From Terriglobia bacterium (GTDB lineage Bacteria; Acidobacteriota; Terriglobia; Acidiferrales; UBA7541): DNA of 64,000 nt. The position numbers and the translations under genes were made by a program. Below, one piece after another: positions 49,656 to 58,955 of the stretch. How positions within the stretch are numbered: the stretch's first letter is position 1; each line of letters opens with the position of its first letter. The notes beneath the pieces are model-generated. The model saw nothing but the letters and a program-made list of their open reading frames with translations, was not told where the DNA came from and did no database searches. The stretch lies in assembly GCA_963695545.1 (NCBI GenBank), contig OY968796.1, positions 1,376,001 to 1,440,000 of the forward strand, written 5' to 3'.

Positions 49656-50423
49656 ATGAACCTCCAGATGGACCACGCGTGCGCAGAGAGCTACCGCAGC
49701 CGCTCCCAGGCAGCCCGCATGGTCACGGAACTATGGGGATCGCAGCAATTATACTGCGCATCATGCACCTCTCCCGTTTTAGAACGAGCCTCGAATAACA
49801 CCAAGGCTTTCGATTTCAGCTGTCCCGGCTGTAGCGCCTTTTATCAACTGAAGAGCAGCAAGGCCTGGAACGAAAGCCGGATCGTGGACGCGGGCTACCA
49901 CGCGATGATGACAGCAATCATGGAAGATCGAACGCCAAACTTGCTCATCCTGAATTACACGCTCAATTGGTCTGTCCTCAATCTGCTTTTGGTCCCTTCG
50001 TTCTTTTTCTCGCCAGCGGCCGTCGAAAAGCGGAAGCCGCTGGCGCCTTCCGCCCGCCGCGCGGGATGGATCGGCTGCAACATCCGACTGGATGCGATTG
50101 CCCCAGAGGGCAAGCTTCGAATCGTTCAAAATGGCATTGAGTGTGCTCAGGCCGATGTACGCCACAGATACGCAGCCGTCAGACCCTTAGCGGCCCTTCC
50201 CGTGTCTGTCAGGGGATGGGCACTCGATGTGCTCAAGGTCGTGCGGCAAATTGGCAAATCCGAATTCAATTTGGACGACGCATATCGCTTCGAGGACGAC
50301 CTCCGTCGACTGCATCCCCAAAACAGAAACGTCCGACCGAAAATCCGTCAACAACTCCAAGTTCTTCGGGACATTGGCATCGTCAAATTCGTTTCGCCGG
50401 GCAGATATCGGATCGTCGTCTAA
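49656..50423 (+). CDS. DpnI-like (Dam-replacing family) modification-dependent restriction endonuclease
   Basis: 'YRSRSQAARMVTE.W', Zn pairs CASC/CPGC, 'DF.C...YQLKS', 'RKPLAPSARRAGWIGCNI', winged-helix tail 'HPQNRNVRPKIRQQLQVLRD'. Confidence 0.88.
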   Translation: MNLQMDHACAESYRSRSQAARMVTELWGSQQLYCASCTSPVLERASNNTKAFDFSCPGCSAFYQLKSSKAWNESRIVDAGYHAMMTAIMEDRTPNLLILNYTLNWSVLNLLLVPSFFFSPAAVEKRKPLAPSARRAGWIGCNIRLDAIAPEGKLRIVQNGIECAQADVRHRYAAVRPLAALPVSVRGWALDVLKVVRQIGKSEFNLDDAYRFEDDLRRLHPQNRNVRPKIRQQLQVLRDIGIVKFVSPGRYRIVV

Positions 50424-50521
50424 CGAATGGGCAGGTCACCCCACCCTGACCCTAGCCGCGCGCGCCACGAAAAACATGGGTATTTTTCACCCATTCTATT
50501 CGAATTAACTTATAGATAATA

Positions 50522-50551
50522 TTGACATTACGTTGGCGCTCGTGCTATCAT
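50522..50551 (+). promoter_or_regulatory. Strong sigma70-type promoter
   Basis: TTGACA-18 bp-TATCAT with TG extension and AT-rich upstream tract. Confidence 0.75.
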
Positions 50552-50675
50552 CGCGCATGATCCTCGAACGACATTCGCTGTTCGCCCGCCCGCGCCGGAT
50601 TTCCCGATCCTTTCCACCTTCCGCGCGCCCTATTTCCCCCGCTCAAATTCAGCTGTTTTCGCACTTTTTGCGCCC

Positions 50676-50803
50676 CAACTCTTTTAGAATCACCAGTTCT
50701 GAAAAACGCCATTTTAAACCTTCTGGAATCAATACTTCTGGCGCAAAGGACTTAAAGTCGAGCAGAATCAACACTTCTGAAAAACACCCGGGGGGTAGGG
50801 GGG
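50676..50803 (+). repeat. Three degenerate 39-bp direct repeats (element 2) ending in a G-run
   Basis: GAATCA at 50687, 50726, 50765, each followed 4 nt later by TTCTG; then CACCCGGGGGGTAGGGGGG. Confidence 0.75.
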
Positions 50804-50981
50804 ATGCAGGTACGCCATGCATCGGATTTTTCGATTCTTCCCTGGAGCGGCGTTATCAAGAAACACCCAGGCGCGCGCTGGCGTTCGAGGGCAACACGCG
50901 CGGAGAGGTGGGCATCTGTAGGACAGCGGCTGGTGGGTTGTGGCTCGCCAGCGAACGGCGGAGCGGGCGCGGGGTGAAGAT

Positions 50982-51005
50982 GGAGGCCTGAAGGCCTCTG
51001 CTACG
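50982..51005 (-). repeat. REP family A copy
   Basis: GGAGGCCTGAAGGCCTCTGCTACG, two mismatches to 11935. Confidence 0.85.
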
Positions 51006-51193
51006 AAGGGCGCTGAGCTGGCGGGGGGAATCGGTGCGCGGGTTGACTTGGGCTGGGGGCGGTGGTATCTAAGCCGGTCGGCTTGGTTGGGAATGCCCAC
51101 CTGTAGTGACTCGCAGGTTTGCTAAGCTTAGTGGCCGGAAGCTTGTTCAGGCGGGCTGTCGGTACGGCCCGCGCGCGAAACGAAAGGTTGCGA

Positions 51194-52630
51194 ATGTTGC
51201 GTCGGTGGATATTGCTGCTCGGAGTGGCGTCGGTCGCGCTGGTGGGCGGCTGCAACGACTTCAATACCACGCTGGGAACGCCGCAAAACTCCACCACGAT
51301 TTCGTTTTTGTCGCCGGCGGGCGGGAACGTGGGCGGCTCGGCGTTCACGCTGACGGTGGAGGGCGGCACCTTCCTGAGCAACTCCGTGGTCGAATGGAAT
51401 AACACCCCGCGCGTGACGACTTATATCAGCGGGAACATTCTGCTGGCGCAGATCAACGCGAGCGATCTGGCGACGGCCGGGTCGGCGAGCGTTCTGGTGT
51501 ACACGCCGGGAACGGCGATGTCGGACCCGGATCAGGGAGAAAACATCATCGCCACGTCGAACGTGATTCAGTTCGTGGTGCAGGCCGCGAGCGCGCCGCT
51601 GCCGGTGATCACTTCGGTTTCGCCGGCCACCGAAACGGCGGGCGGCCCCGCCTTCACGTTGAAAGTGTTTGGCACGGGGTTTCTGCAGCCTGCAACGAAC
51701 TGCGCCTTACAGACCACCGGATCGATGGTTTATTGGAACGGCAGCGAAGTCACCGAGACCCAAAACACTCCCACCTGCATGGCGACGACAACCGCCACGA
51801 CGTTTGTGAGTTCCACCGAAGTGGATGTGGCCGTACCGGCCTCTTTCATCGCGACATCGCAAACCGCGCGGATCACGGTTTTCAACCCGCCGACGGGATC
51901 GCCGGCCACGGGCGGCGGCAGCTCAAATACCTGGCCGCTTTCGGTCTCCGGTGGCGGAGGAGGCAACGCGCGCGCGGAAGCGCTGGCGCAAGCCGAGGCT
52001 TCTTCGGCGGCGACGTCGCTTTCGCCCGCGATCAGCACGGACGCGCGATACGTGGCGTTCGTCGGGCCGGTGCCGGATCCGACGACCAACGCGAGCACGG
52101 GCACGGACAACGTGTATGTGCGCGATACGTGCACGGGCGCGCCGTCGGGGTGCACGCAGACGACGACGCTGATTTCCGTCGCGGCGGATGGAGTTTCGGC
52201 GGCGGATGGCGAGAGCGAATCGCCGTCGATGAGTGCGGATGGGCGCTACGTCACGTTCGTTTCCTACGCGGACAATTTGGTGGCGGCGGGAGCGAGCGGG
52301 TTGGGCGATATTTTTGTGCGCGATACCTGTACGGGCGCGCCGGCGGCGTCGAGCTGCACGCCGACGACCACGCTGATTACCGCCGCGCCGGATGGCTCGT
52401 TCGAGAATGGCGCGAGCGATTCGCCTTCGATTAGCGCGAGCGGGCGCTACATTGTGTTTTCGTCGCTGGCGACAAACTTGGTGGCCGGCACGGCGACGAC
52501 GTCATCTGGGCCGGAAATTTATTTGCGTGATCTGTGCGTGGGCGCGCCGGCCGGTTGCCAGGCCACGACGATTCAACTCTCGGTGTCGAGTTCGACTTCG
52601 AGCCCAAGCTCGACGGACTCCGGCCCGTAA
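51194..52630 (+). CDS. Lipoprotein with two IPT/TIG-like domains and PD40/TolB-like repeats
   Basis: Lipobox 'LVGGC'; 'FTLTV.G..F' twice; 'SPxxSxDGRYVxF' and 'RDTCTGAP..CT.TT' repeats. Confidence 0.78.
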   Translation: MLRRWILLLGVASVALVGGCNDFNTTLGTPQNSTTISFLSPAGGNVGGSAFTLTVEGGTFLSNSVVEWNNTPRVTTYISGNILLAQINASDLATAGSASVLVYTPGTAMSDPDQGENIIATSNVIQFVVQAASAPLPVITSVSPATETAGGPAFTLKVFGTGFLQPATNCALQTTGSMVYWNGSEVTETQNTPTCMATTTATTFVSSTEVDVAVPASFIATSQTARITVFNPPTGSPATGGGSSNTWPLSVSGGGGGNARAEALAQAEASSAATSLSPAISTDARYVAFVGPVPDPTTNASTGTDNVYVRDTCTGAPSGCTQTTTLISVAADGVSAADGESESPSMSADGRYVTFVSYADNLVAAGASGLGDIFVRDTCTGAPAASSCTPTTTLITAAPDGSFENGASDSPSISASGRYIVFSSLATNLVAGTATTSSGPEIYLRDLCVGAPAGCQATTIQLSVSSSTSSPSSTDSGP

Positions 52631-52711
52631 GCTCGTAGCCCGGCTGGAATTTTTCTGTATTGTTGGCGCTCGATTTTTTTGCGCTGTCGCTCGCGTCCGG
52701 CGAAAGAACAT

Positions 52712-53809
52712 CTAGTTCGGCAAAAGAAAAAGCCTCTCGGCGGAAAGATCGACCTGCCACGGTTGCGGTTCGTTTTTGAATGTTTCCCAGACGTCTTTTG
52801 AGATTTCGGCTTGTAGTTGGAAATCCGTGCTCGCGGAAGCCCGCGCGTGCAATCGCAAGTAGAGCGTGACGCGAAACGGCGCTTCGGTCGCCGCGGCGAG
52901 CCAGCACGGAAAGGTGTTCTCGCCAGCGCCGCCGCTCGCCCCGCGAACCTGCGCATCCGCGGCGTGAACGCGCACATGGTGCGCGCGAATCGCGATGTGT
53001 CCGAGCGTGCTCGGCACGGATTGCGCGACGCGCAGGCGGCAGCCCCAGTCGAGAGCCTCGATTGCGCCGTCGGGCGTGGCGCCGGCGCGCGAGAAATTCT
53101 TGCAACCGGTGAGCCGCGCGACCTCGAAATTTGGCGGGCGGCGAAACAAATCTTCCTTCGGTCCGGCGGCGGCGATTTTTCCGTTCGCCAGCACCACGAG
53201 TTCGCCACAGAAGCGATAGGCTTCCTCGAGATTGTGGCTGACGAACAGGGCGACGCCGCGGTATTTCGCGAGCGCTTCGCGCAATTCGCGTTCGATCTCG
53301 CCGCGCAGATGCGTATCGAGCGCGGAAAACGGTTCGTCGAGCAGCAGCGCTTCGGGCTCGGGCGCGAGCGCGCGAGCAAGCGCCACGCGCTGCTGCTGGC
53401 CGCCGGAAAGCGCCGCGGGAGAGCGGGCTTCGAGTCCCGCAAGGTGCAGCGCGGCAATCTGACGCGCGATGCGGCGATCGCGCTCATCTTTCGGCAGATC
53501 GGAAATTCCGAAGCCGATATTTTCGGCGACGGTGAGATGCGGAAATAGCGCGTAATTCTGGAAAAGAAGTCCGACACGCCGATCGCGGCTGGGACAATCG
53601 ACGCCGGCGGCGGAATCGAACAAGACGCGTCCATCGAGCACGATGCGGCCGCGATCGGGGCGCTCGAGCCCCGCGATCGTGCGCAGTGTTAAACTTTTTC
53701 CGGCGCCTGAAGGGCCCAGTATGCCGAGCGGCGCGCCCGAAGCGCGGAAAGCGACTTCGAGTGAAAATCCGCTGGGCAATTTCTTTTCGATCTGGACGTC
53801 AAGTTCCAC
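52712..53809 (-). CDS. modC: Molybdate ABC transporter ATP-binding protein
   Basis: 'GPSGAGKS', 'LSGGQQQRVALARAL', 'LLLDEPFSALD'; after modB; GTG start inferred. Confidence 0.9.
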   Translation of the reverse strand: MELDVQIEKKLPSGFSLEVAFRASGAPLGILGPSGAGKSLTLRTIAGLERPDRGRIVLDGRVLFDSAAGVDCPSRDRRVGLLFQNYALFPHLTVAENIGFGISDLPKDERDRRIARQIAALHLAGLEARSPAALSGGQQQRVALARALAPEPEALLLDEPFSALDTHLRGEIERELREALAKYRGVALFVSHNLEEAYRFCGELVVLANGKIAAAGPKEDLFRRPPNFEVARLTGCKNFSRAGATPDGAIEALDWGCRLRVAQSVPSTLGHIAIRAHHVRVHAADAQVRGASGGAGENTFPCWLAAATEAPFRVTLYLRLHARASASTDFQLQAEISKDVWETFKNEPQPWQVDLSAERLFLLPN

Positions 53810-53817
53810 GATATTTT

Positions 53818-54498
53818 TTATCTCTCCGGAATGCGGCGGCGCCGAGCGGCGCGCGCCCAGACGCCGAGCGCGAGAAGCACGGCGAGCGAAACGATCAGCA
53901 CAATCATCACATCGCCGAAGGCCTCGCGCATTTGTCCCGCAGCGATGTCGAAATAAATCGCGAGCGGCAAAGTTTCCGTGCGCCCGGGAATATCGCCCGC
54001 GAGCATTAGCGTGGCGCCGAATTCGCCGAGCGCTCGCGCGAAGGCAAGTGTTGTACCGGCGAAAATGCCGGGCGCGGCGAGCGGCAGCGTTACGCGGCGA
54101 AACACGCGCCACTCAGAAGCGCCCAGCGTGCGCGCGGCGTCGGCAAGACCGGGCTCGAGCTGCGCGAAGGCTCCCCGCGCCGTAATGTAAACCAGCGGAA
54201 ATGAAACCACGGCGGCGGCGATCACTGTCGCGGGCCAGGAAAAAACCACGACCGCACCGAAATGCAGCAGCAGGCGGCCAAGCGGGCCGTTTCGGCCGAA
54301 CAGCAGGAGGAGAAAAAATCCGACCACCGTGGGTGGAAGAATCAACGGCAGAAGACACAGCGCGTCGAGCAAGTCACCGAACGCGCGGCGCTTTCGTTCG
54401 CGCCATTCAGCCGCGCCGACGCCGAGCACGAGCGCCACGGCCGTCGCCGCCAGCGAAGTCTTGAGTGAAATCCAGACGGGAGCGAGATCGAACGCCAT
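53818..54498 (-). CDS. modB: Molybdate ABC transporter permease
   Basis: 'LPLILPPTVVG', 'FARALGEFGATLMLAGDIPGRT.TLPLAIY'. Confidence 0.95.
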   Translation of the reverse strand: MAFDLAPVWISLKTSLAATAVALVLGVGAAEWRERKRRAFGDLLDALCLLPLILPPTVVGFFLLLLFGRNGPLGRLLLHFGAVVVFSWPATVIAAAVVSFPLVYITARGAFAQLEPGLADAARTLGASEWRVFRRVTLPLAAPGIFAGTTLAFARALGEFGATLMLAGDIPGRTETLPLAIYFDIAAGQMREAFGDVMIVLIVSLAVLLALGVWARAARRRRIPER

Positions 54499-54512
54499 CG
54501 AGTCCGGGTGCG

Positions 54513-55319
54513 TCAGGGAGCGGCGGTGCGAAAACCGTAACGGAGGAAAATGGCGCGGGCCACGTCGCTCTCGAGGAAGTGAAGATAATTCTCCGCTTCG
54601 GTCGGATGCGCTGAAGATTTCATCGCGGCTGCAGGATACACAATTTGTGGCGCGGCGCCGGGCGGGGCTTCGGCGGCAATGCGCACGCGCTGCGAAATCG
54701 CGGCGTCCGTAGCGTAAACAATTCCGGCATCGGCGCTGCCCGTTTCGACGTAAGCCAGCACTTGGCGCACATCGCTTCCGAAAACGGCCTTGCGGCGCAC
54801 GGCGTCGTAAATGCCCAGCGTGGTGAGCGTTTGCTGCGCGTACATTCCGGCCGGGACGCTGCGCGGATCACCCAACGCAACAGTGCGGACATCGGCGCGC
54901 AACAAATCCTGAAAGTTCCTGATTTCGCCGACGCCGCGATTATCTTTGGGGACGATGAGCACGAGACGGTTCGTGAGCAGATCCACGCGCGTGTCCGCGC
55001 GCAGCAAACCTTTTGATTCGAGCGCGTCCATCTCCTCGGGCGCGGCGGAAATGAAAGCGTCCGCCGGCGCGCCTTGCTCGATTTGCATTTCGAGTGTGCC
55101 CGAGCCGCCGAGATTGAGCGAGATGGAAACGTCCGGATGCTGCTTTTGATAGAGATCGTCCACTTCCCCAAGCGCATCCTTCAGGCTGGCGGCCGCGGAA
55201 ATCAGCAACTCAACGCGTGGCGGCGGAGGCGGCGCCGCGAAAATGCATGCGATCGGCGCGAGCGCGAGGGCCGCGAGGCATAAAGATGTTTTCAGTCGTC
55301 GCATCGGGAGTGGTCGCAT
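54513..55319 (-). CDS. modA: Molybdate ABC transporter periplasmic binding protein
   Basis: 'SAAASLKDA', 'GGSGTL..QIEQGAPADAFISA', 'VPAGMYA', 'ADAGIVYATDA'; start 55319 or 55304. Confidence 0.93.
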   Translation of the reverse strand: MRPLPMRRLKTSLCLAALALAPIACIFAAPPPPPRVELLISAAASLKDALGEVDDLYQKQHPDVSISLNLGGSGTLEMQIEQGAPADAFISAAPEEMDALESKGLLRADTRVDLLTNRLVLIVPKDNRGVGEIRNFQDLLRADVRTVALGDPRSVPAGMYAQQTLTTLGIYDAVRRKAVFGSDVRQVLAYVETGSADAGIVYATDAAISQRVRIAAEAPPGAAPQIVYPAAAMKSSAHPTEAENYLHFLESDVARAIFLRYGFRTAAP

Positions 55320-55335
55320 GCGCGCGGCTCGCGTC

Positions 55336-56256
55336 CTAGTGGGCGGAGGCTTCTTGTTCGTGAGCGTGGTACGAAGAGCGCACCAACGGTCCGGATTCGA
55401 CGTGGCGGAAACCGATGCGCTCGCCCCACTGTTTGTATTCGGCAAATTCATCGGGATGCACGAAGCGAATCACGGGCAGATGCTCCGGCGTGGGCTGCAA
55501 ATATTGGCCGAGGGTCAGGATGTCGGTGCCCTGGCGGACCAGGTCTTCCATCGCGGCGCGCACTTCTTCGCGGCGCTCGCCGAGGCCGAGCATCATTCCG
55601 GTTTTGGTCGGGGTGCGCGGGGCAAATTGTTTTGCGCGCAGCAACAATTCGAGCGAGCGCTCGTAAACCGCGGCCTTGCGGACTTGCGAATAGAGACGCG
55701 GCACGGTTTCCACATTGTGATTGAGCACATCGGGCCGCGCCTCGAGCACAGTTTCGAGCGCGGACCAAACGCCGCGAAAATCCGGAATTAGAACTTCGAC
55801 CTTGCAGCCCGAAACGCGCTCACGAATCGCGTGGATCGTCGCGGCGAAAATCGCGGCGCCGCCATCGGGTTGATCGTCGCGATTCACTGAAGTCACCACC
55901 GCGTAGCGCAAGCCCATGCGCTCGACGGCGCGCGCCACGCGCTCGGGCTCATCTTCATCGGGCGGACCGATCGGCCGGCCCGAAGGAACCGCGCAGAAAC
56001 CGCAGGCGCGCGTGCAGATATTGCCGAGAATCATGAACGTCGCTGTGCGGTGCTCCCAGCATTCGCCCATGTTGGGGCAGCGCGCGCTTTCGCAGACAGT
56101 GTGCAGATCGAGCGTGCGCAAGATGCGCTTCAATTCCTGATAATTCGAGCCGCCGAAAAATCGCACGCGGAGCCAAGGCGGACGCGGATGCGAGTCCGGC
56201 GTCACCGGCATGCCGGAGTCGGGCGAGTTCGAGAGGATGTTAAAGGGAGAAGCCAT
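55336..56256 (-). CDS. lipA: Lipoyl synthase
   Basis: 'CESARCPNMGECW', radical SAM 'CTRACGFC', 'VTSVNRDD', 'PLVRSSYHA'. Confidence 0.97.
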   Translation of the reverse strand: MASPFNILSNSPDSGMPVTPDSHPRPPWLRVRFFGGSNYQELKRILRTLDLHTVCESARCPNMGECWEHRTATFMILGNICTRACGFCAVPSGRPIGPPDEDEPERVARAVERMGLRYAVVTSVNRDDQPDGGAAIFAATIHAIRERVSGCKVEVLIPDFRGVWSALETVLEARPDVLNHNVETVPRLYSQVRKAAVYERSLELLLRAKQFAPRTPTKTGMMLGLGERREEVRAAMEDLVRQGTDILTLGQYLQPTPEHLPVIRFVHPDEFAEYKQWGERIGFRHVESGPLVRSSYHAHEQEASAH

Positions 56257-56375
56257 AAGGTTACGGTAGCAGAGCTTATTCTACGCAACGGGCAGAGGGC
56301 GTACAACCGGCGGTGTCGCGAGGTAGGGGCAGTTTGGGAACCGCGCGAACGAGGCGTCACATCCTGGGTCAGGAC
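56227..56375. repeat. Direct repeat copy 1 (lipA first 10 codons plus promoter)
   Basis: Aligns with 59804-59953; identical blocks of 25 bp (56268-56292) and 18 bp (56342-56359); minus-strand TTGTAC-17-TAGAAT. Confidence 0.9.
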
Positions 56376-56567
56376 TTCCATGCACCACTTGTCTGGTAAT
56401 CCGACTAACACAGGCAAGCGGACTGAGAGCGCGCAACTTGCCACAACGGGTCTTCTGATTCGGAATAGCTTCCGGTTACCCCTTAATCCGTCCAGAGTCG
56501 ATGCCAAGCGTGGAGATTACTTCGCACTAGCCGCCCTAGCAGGACCTATGCAATCACCGCGTGCGGA

Positions 56568-57311
56568 TCAAATCGCGGTGCGTCCACCGTCGACCGCGAG
56601 TTTCGCGCCGTAAATAAAACTAGAGCGATCGGTCGCCAGGAAGACAATGGCCTCGGCAATTTCGTCCGCGGTGGCCGGGCGACCCGCCGGCGCCTGCGCG
56701 GCCAGTTGCTCTAGGCTCTCGCCCATAGCGTCGGTGCCTTCCGTGCGCGTGGGTCCAGGGCTTACCGTATTGACGCGGACACCGCTGTGGCCATATTCAG
56801 CCGCCCACGATTTGGTCAGCAGATTAATAGCTGCCTTGCTCGAGCCATAGAGACTCATGCCGGACACTCCGTAATCGGCAACCATCGTGGATACGTTGAC
56901 GATTGCCCCAGTGCCTCTTTTCGCCATCAGGGGAGCTAGTTCCGCGACCAGGAAGTAGGGCGCCTTGACGTTGAGCGAATACACCCTGTCAAACTCTTCC
57001 TCCGTCGTTTTATTCGTTGGCCCGAACGGGAAGATTCCCGCATTGTTGATCAGAATATCGACGTGGCCGTTTCCGAGCTCAATCGCTCTTCTCGCCGCTT
57101 CGCGCACACTCGACGCGTCTCGAAGATCGGACGAAATATAATCCGCTTTACCTCCGGTCGCACGGATTTCGGCCAGCGTCTCATCGCCGCGTTTCACGTT
57201 TCGGCCTACGACGATGACGTGAATGCCAAGCTTCGCCAGTTTTTTGGCAGTCGCTCGGCCGATACCGCTTGTTCCTCCTGTAATGAGTGCCGTCGCCAAG
57301 TTTGTCGTCAT
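56568..57311 (-). CDS. Short-chain dehydrogenase/reductase
   Basis: 'TGGTSGIG', 'NNAG', 'YGSSK', 'VRVNTVSPG', 'VDGG'. Confidence 0.93.
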   Translation of the reverse strand: MTTNLATALITGGTSGIGRATAKKLAKLGIHVIVVGRNVKRGDETLAEIRATGGKADYISSDLRDASSVREAARRAIELGNGHVDILINNAGIFPFGPTNKTTEEEFDRVYSLNVKAPYFLVAELAPLMAKRGTGAIVNVSTMVADYGVSGMSLYGSSKAAINLLTKSWAAEYGHSGVRVNTVSPGPTRTEGTDAMGESLEQLAAQAPAGRPATADEIAEAIVFLATDRSSFIYGAKLAVDGGRTAI

Positions 57312-57418
57312 TCGCAACTCCCGTTTCTGTTTTCGTGCCGGAAATTACCGCGTGCAGGGCGGGATAACCATCGCCGCAAATGGCCGATACATCGCACTAC
57401 AGCGCTGGATATGTTTGT

Positions 57419-58885
57419 TCACCCGGCACTGGCCAATTGCATGGACTGGTTTTGCGCCGAAGGTTCGGACGAGAACAGCGCGCCAATACCCTCCGCGAGC
57501 GTCGGGTGAGTGAGGACCGCATCGCGCAGAGCGGTAAAAGGCAGCCCTGCGATGATGGCAACCTGAACTGAGGACATGGTCTCGCCTGCCTCGACAGCAA
57601 AGGCCGTGAAGCCCAGGATGCGATCGCTATCCGTGGCCACCAGCGCCTTTAGAAATCCACACGTTTCAGAAAGCGTACGGGCGCGGAGCACGTTTTCCAT
57701 CGGGATTTTGAACAAGCGGTAGGCGATACCTCGCGCTTTGGCTTCTTTCTCGCTCAGGCCAACGCGGGCGAGTTCCGGATCGGTGAAAAGGCAGAAAGGA
57801 ACTTGCCGGCCTGTGGTCACGCGCTTACCGCCATTCAGGTTGTCGTGGACCACGCGAAAATCGTCAATGCTGATGTGCGTAAACTGCGGGCTGCCCGCCA
57901 CCTCGCCGATGGCCCACACCCCGGGCGCCGTGGTTTGAAGCCGCTCGTTGACTTTCAGGTATCCCCGATTTGTCAGTTCGACACCTGCCAGGTCCAGCCC
58001 CAGCCGCTCCGTGTTTGGAGCGCGGCCCGACGCGACCAGCACATGGCTGCCTTCGATGGTTTTCTCCGCTCCGTTTTGCTCCACAACAATTCTTACCGAC
58101 TCGCCCGATTTACCCGATACGCGCTTGAGCTCAGCATTCAGAAGAATGTCGATGCCCTCGTCACGGAACAGTTCGCCAAGAGCTTGCGTCACGTCTTGGT
58201 CTTCTCGATAAACCAATTGTGCGTTGCGCTCGATCACCGTGACATTGCTGCCAAATCGGCGCATGGCCTGGGATAGTTCGAGACCAACATAGCCGCCCCC
58301 GATCACCAGCAGATGTTCGGGGACCTCATCGAGTTCGAGTGCTTCCACGTGCGTGAGTGGCCGCGCGTCGGGAAGGCCGGAAATTGGATCGAGCGCCGCG
58401 CGCGTGCCGGTGCTGATGATCACGTTGGTTCCGCGGAGTTGGCGCGTTGTTCCATCAGGCAGCGTGACCTCCACAGTTCGAGGGCCGATAAAGTGTCCAG
58501 TGCCGAGAATGAATTCCGCTCCGGTCTTTTTATAATTGTCGAGATACAGATCGTTCAAAGCCGACACCATCCTGCGTTTACGGCCTCGCACTACGGTCAT
58601 ATCCACCGCGAAATCTTTCCTGGGGATGCCGAACTCTTCGCTTCTGCGAACGTACGATGCGACCCTGGCGCTGTGAATAATGTTCTTGCTGGGCAGGCAG
58701 GCGATGTTCGGGCAGGATCCGCCGATATATTTGCGGTCGATCAACGCCACACGCTTCCCCTCGCCGGCAAACGTCCACGCAGCAATAGTCGATCCCGTGC
58801 CGCCGCCCAGGATCACCAGATCGAATTCCTCCGGGCCCGGCTTCTTAGGCAGCTGAGCCGGAGAAGCGCCTTCCAGGGTGTCCAT
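57419..58885 (-). CDS. Class I pyridine nucleotide-disulfide oxidoreductase (RclA/dihydrolipoamide dehydrogenase-like)
   Basis: 'GGGTG', redox 'GGSCPNIACLPSK', 'GGGYVGLE', 'HPTLAE'. Confidence 0.9.
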   Translation of the reverse strand: MDTLEGASPAQLPKKPGPEEFDLVILGGGTGSTIAAWTFAGEGKRVALIDRKYIGGSCPNIACLPSKNIIHSARVASYVRRSEEFGIPRKDFAVDMTVVRGRKRRMVSALNDLYLDNYKKTGAEFILGTGHFIGPRTVEVTLPDGTTRQLRGTNVIISTGTRAALDPISGLPDARPLTHVEALELDEVPEHLLVIGGGYVGLELSQAMRRFGSNVTVIERNAQLVYREDQDVTQALGELFRDEGIDILLNAELKRVSGKSGESVRIVVEQNGAEKTIEGSHVLVASGRAPNTERLGLDLAGVELTNRGYLKVNERLQTTAPGVWAIGEVAGSPQFTHISIDDFRVVHDNLNGGKRVTTGRQVPFCLFTDPELARVGLSEKEAKARGIAYRLFKIPMENVLRARTLSETCGFLKALVATDSDRILGFTAFAVEAGETMSSVQVAIIAGLPFTALRDAVLTHPTLAEGIGALFSSEPSAQNQSMQLASAG

Positions 58886-58955
58886 ATGACTTTCCCTTTC
58901 TCAGAGGTGCAGCGTGACTTGACGGATCGAGACGCGCGGCGATACCGCCGCTGGT

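Noticed and set aside
50676..50803. CRISPR mini-array
   Set aside because: Period of 39 bp is too short for repeat plus spacer, repeats are degenerate, and no cas genes are present
53810..54112. N-terminal extension of modC in the ORF track
   Set aside because: Overlaps modB; ATPase-like sequence begins at VELDVQIEK
55176..55191. CCTTCAGGCTGGC resembling REP-B inside modA
   Set aside because: Encodes the conserved AASLKD motif; lacks the left arm and GTAG
57419..58885. Mercuric reductase MerA
   Set aside because: No C-terminal Cys-Cys pair, no N-terminal HMA domain, no mer genes nearby
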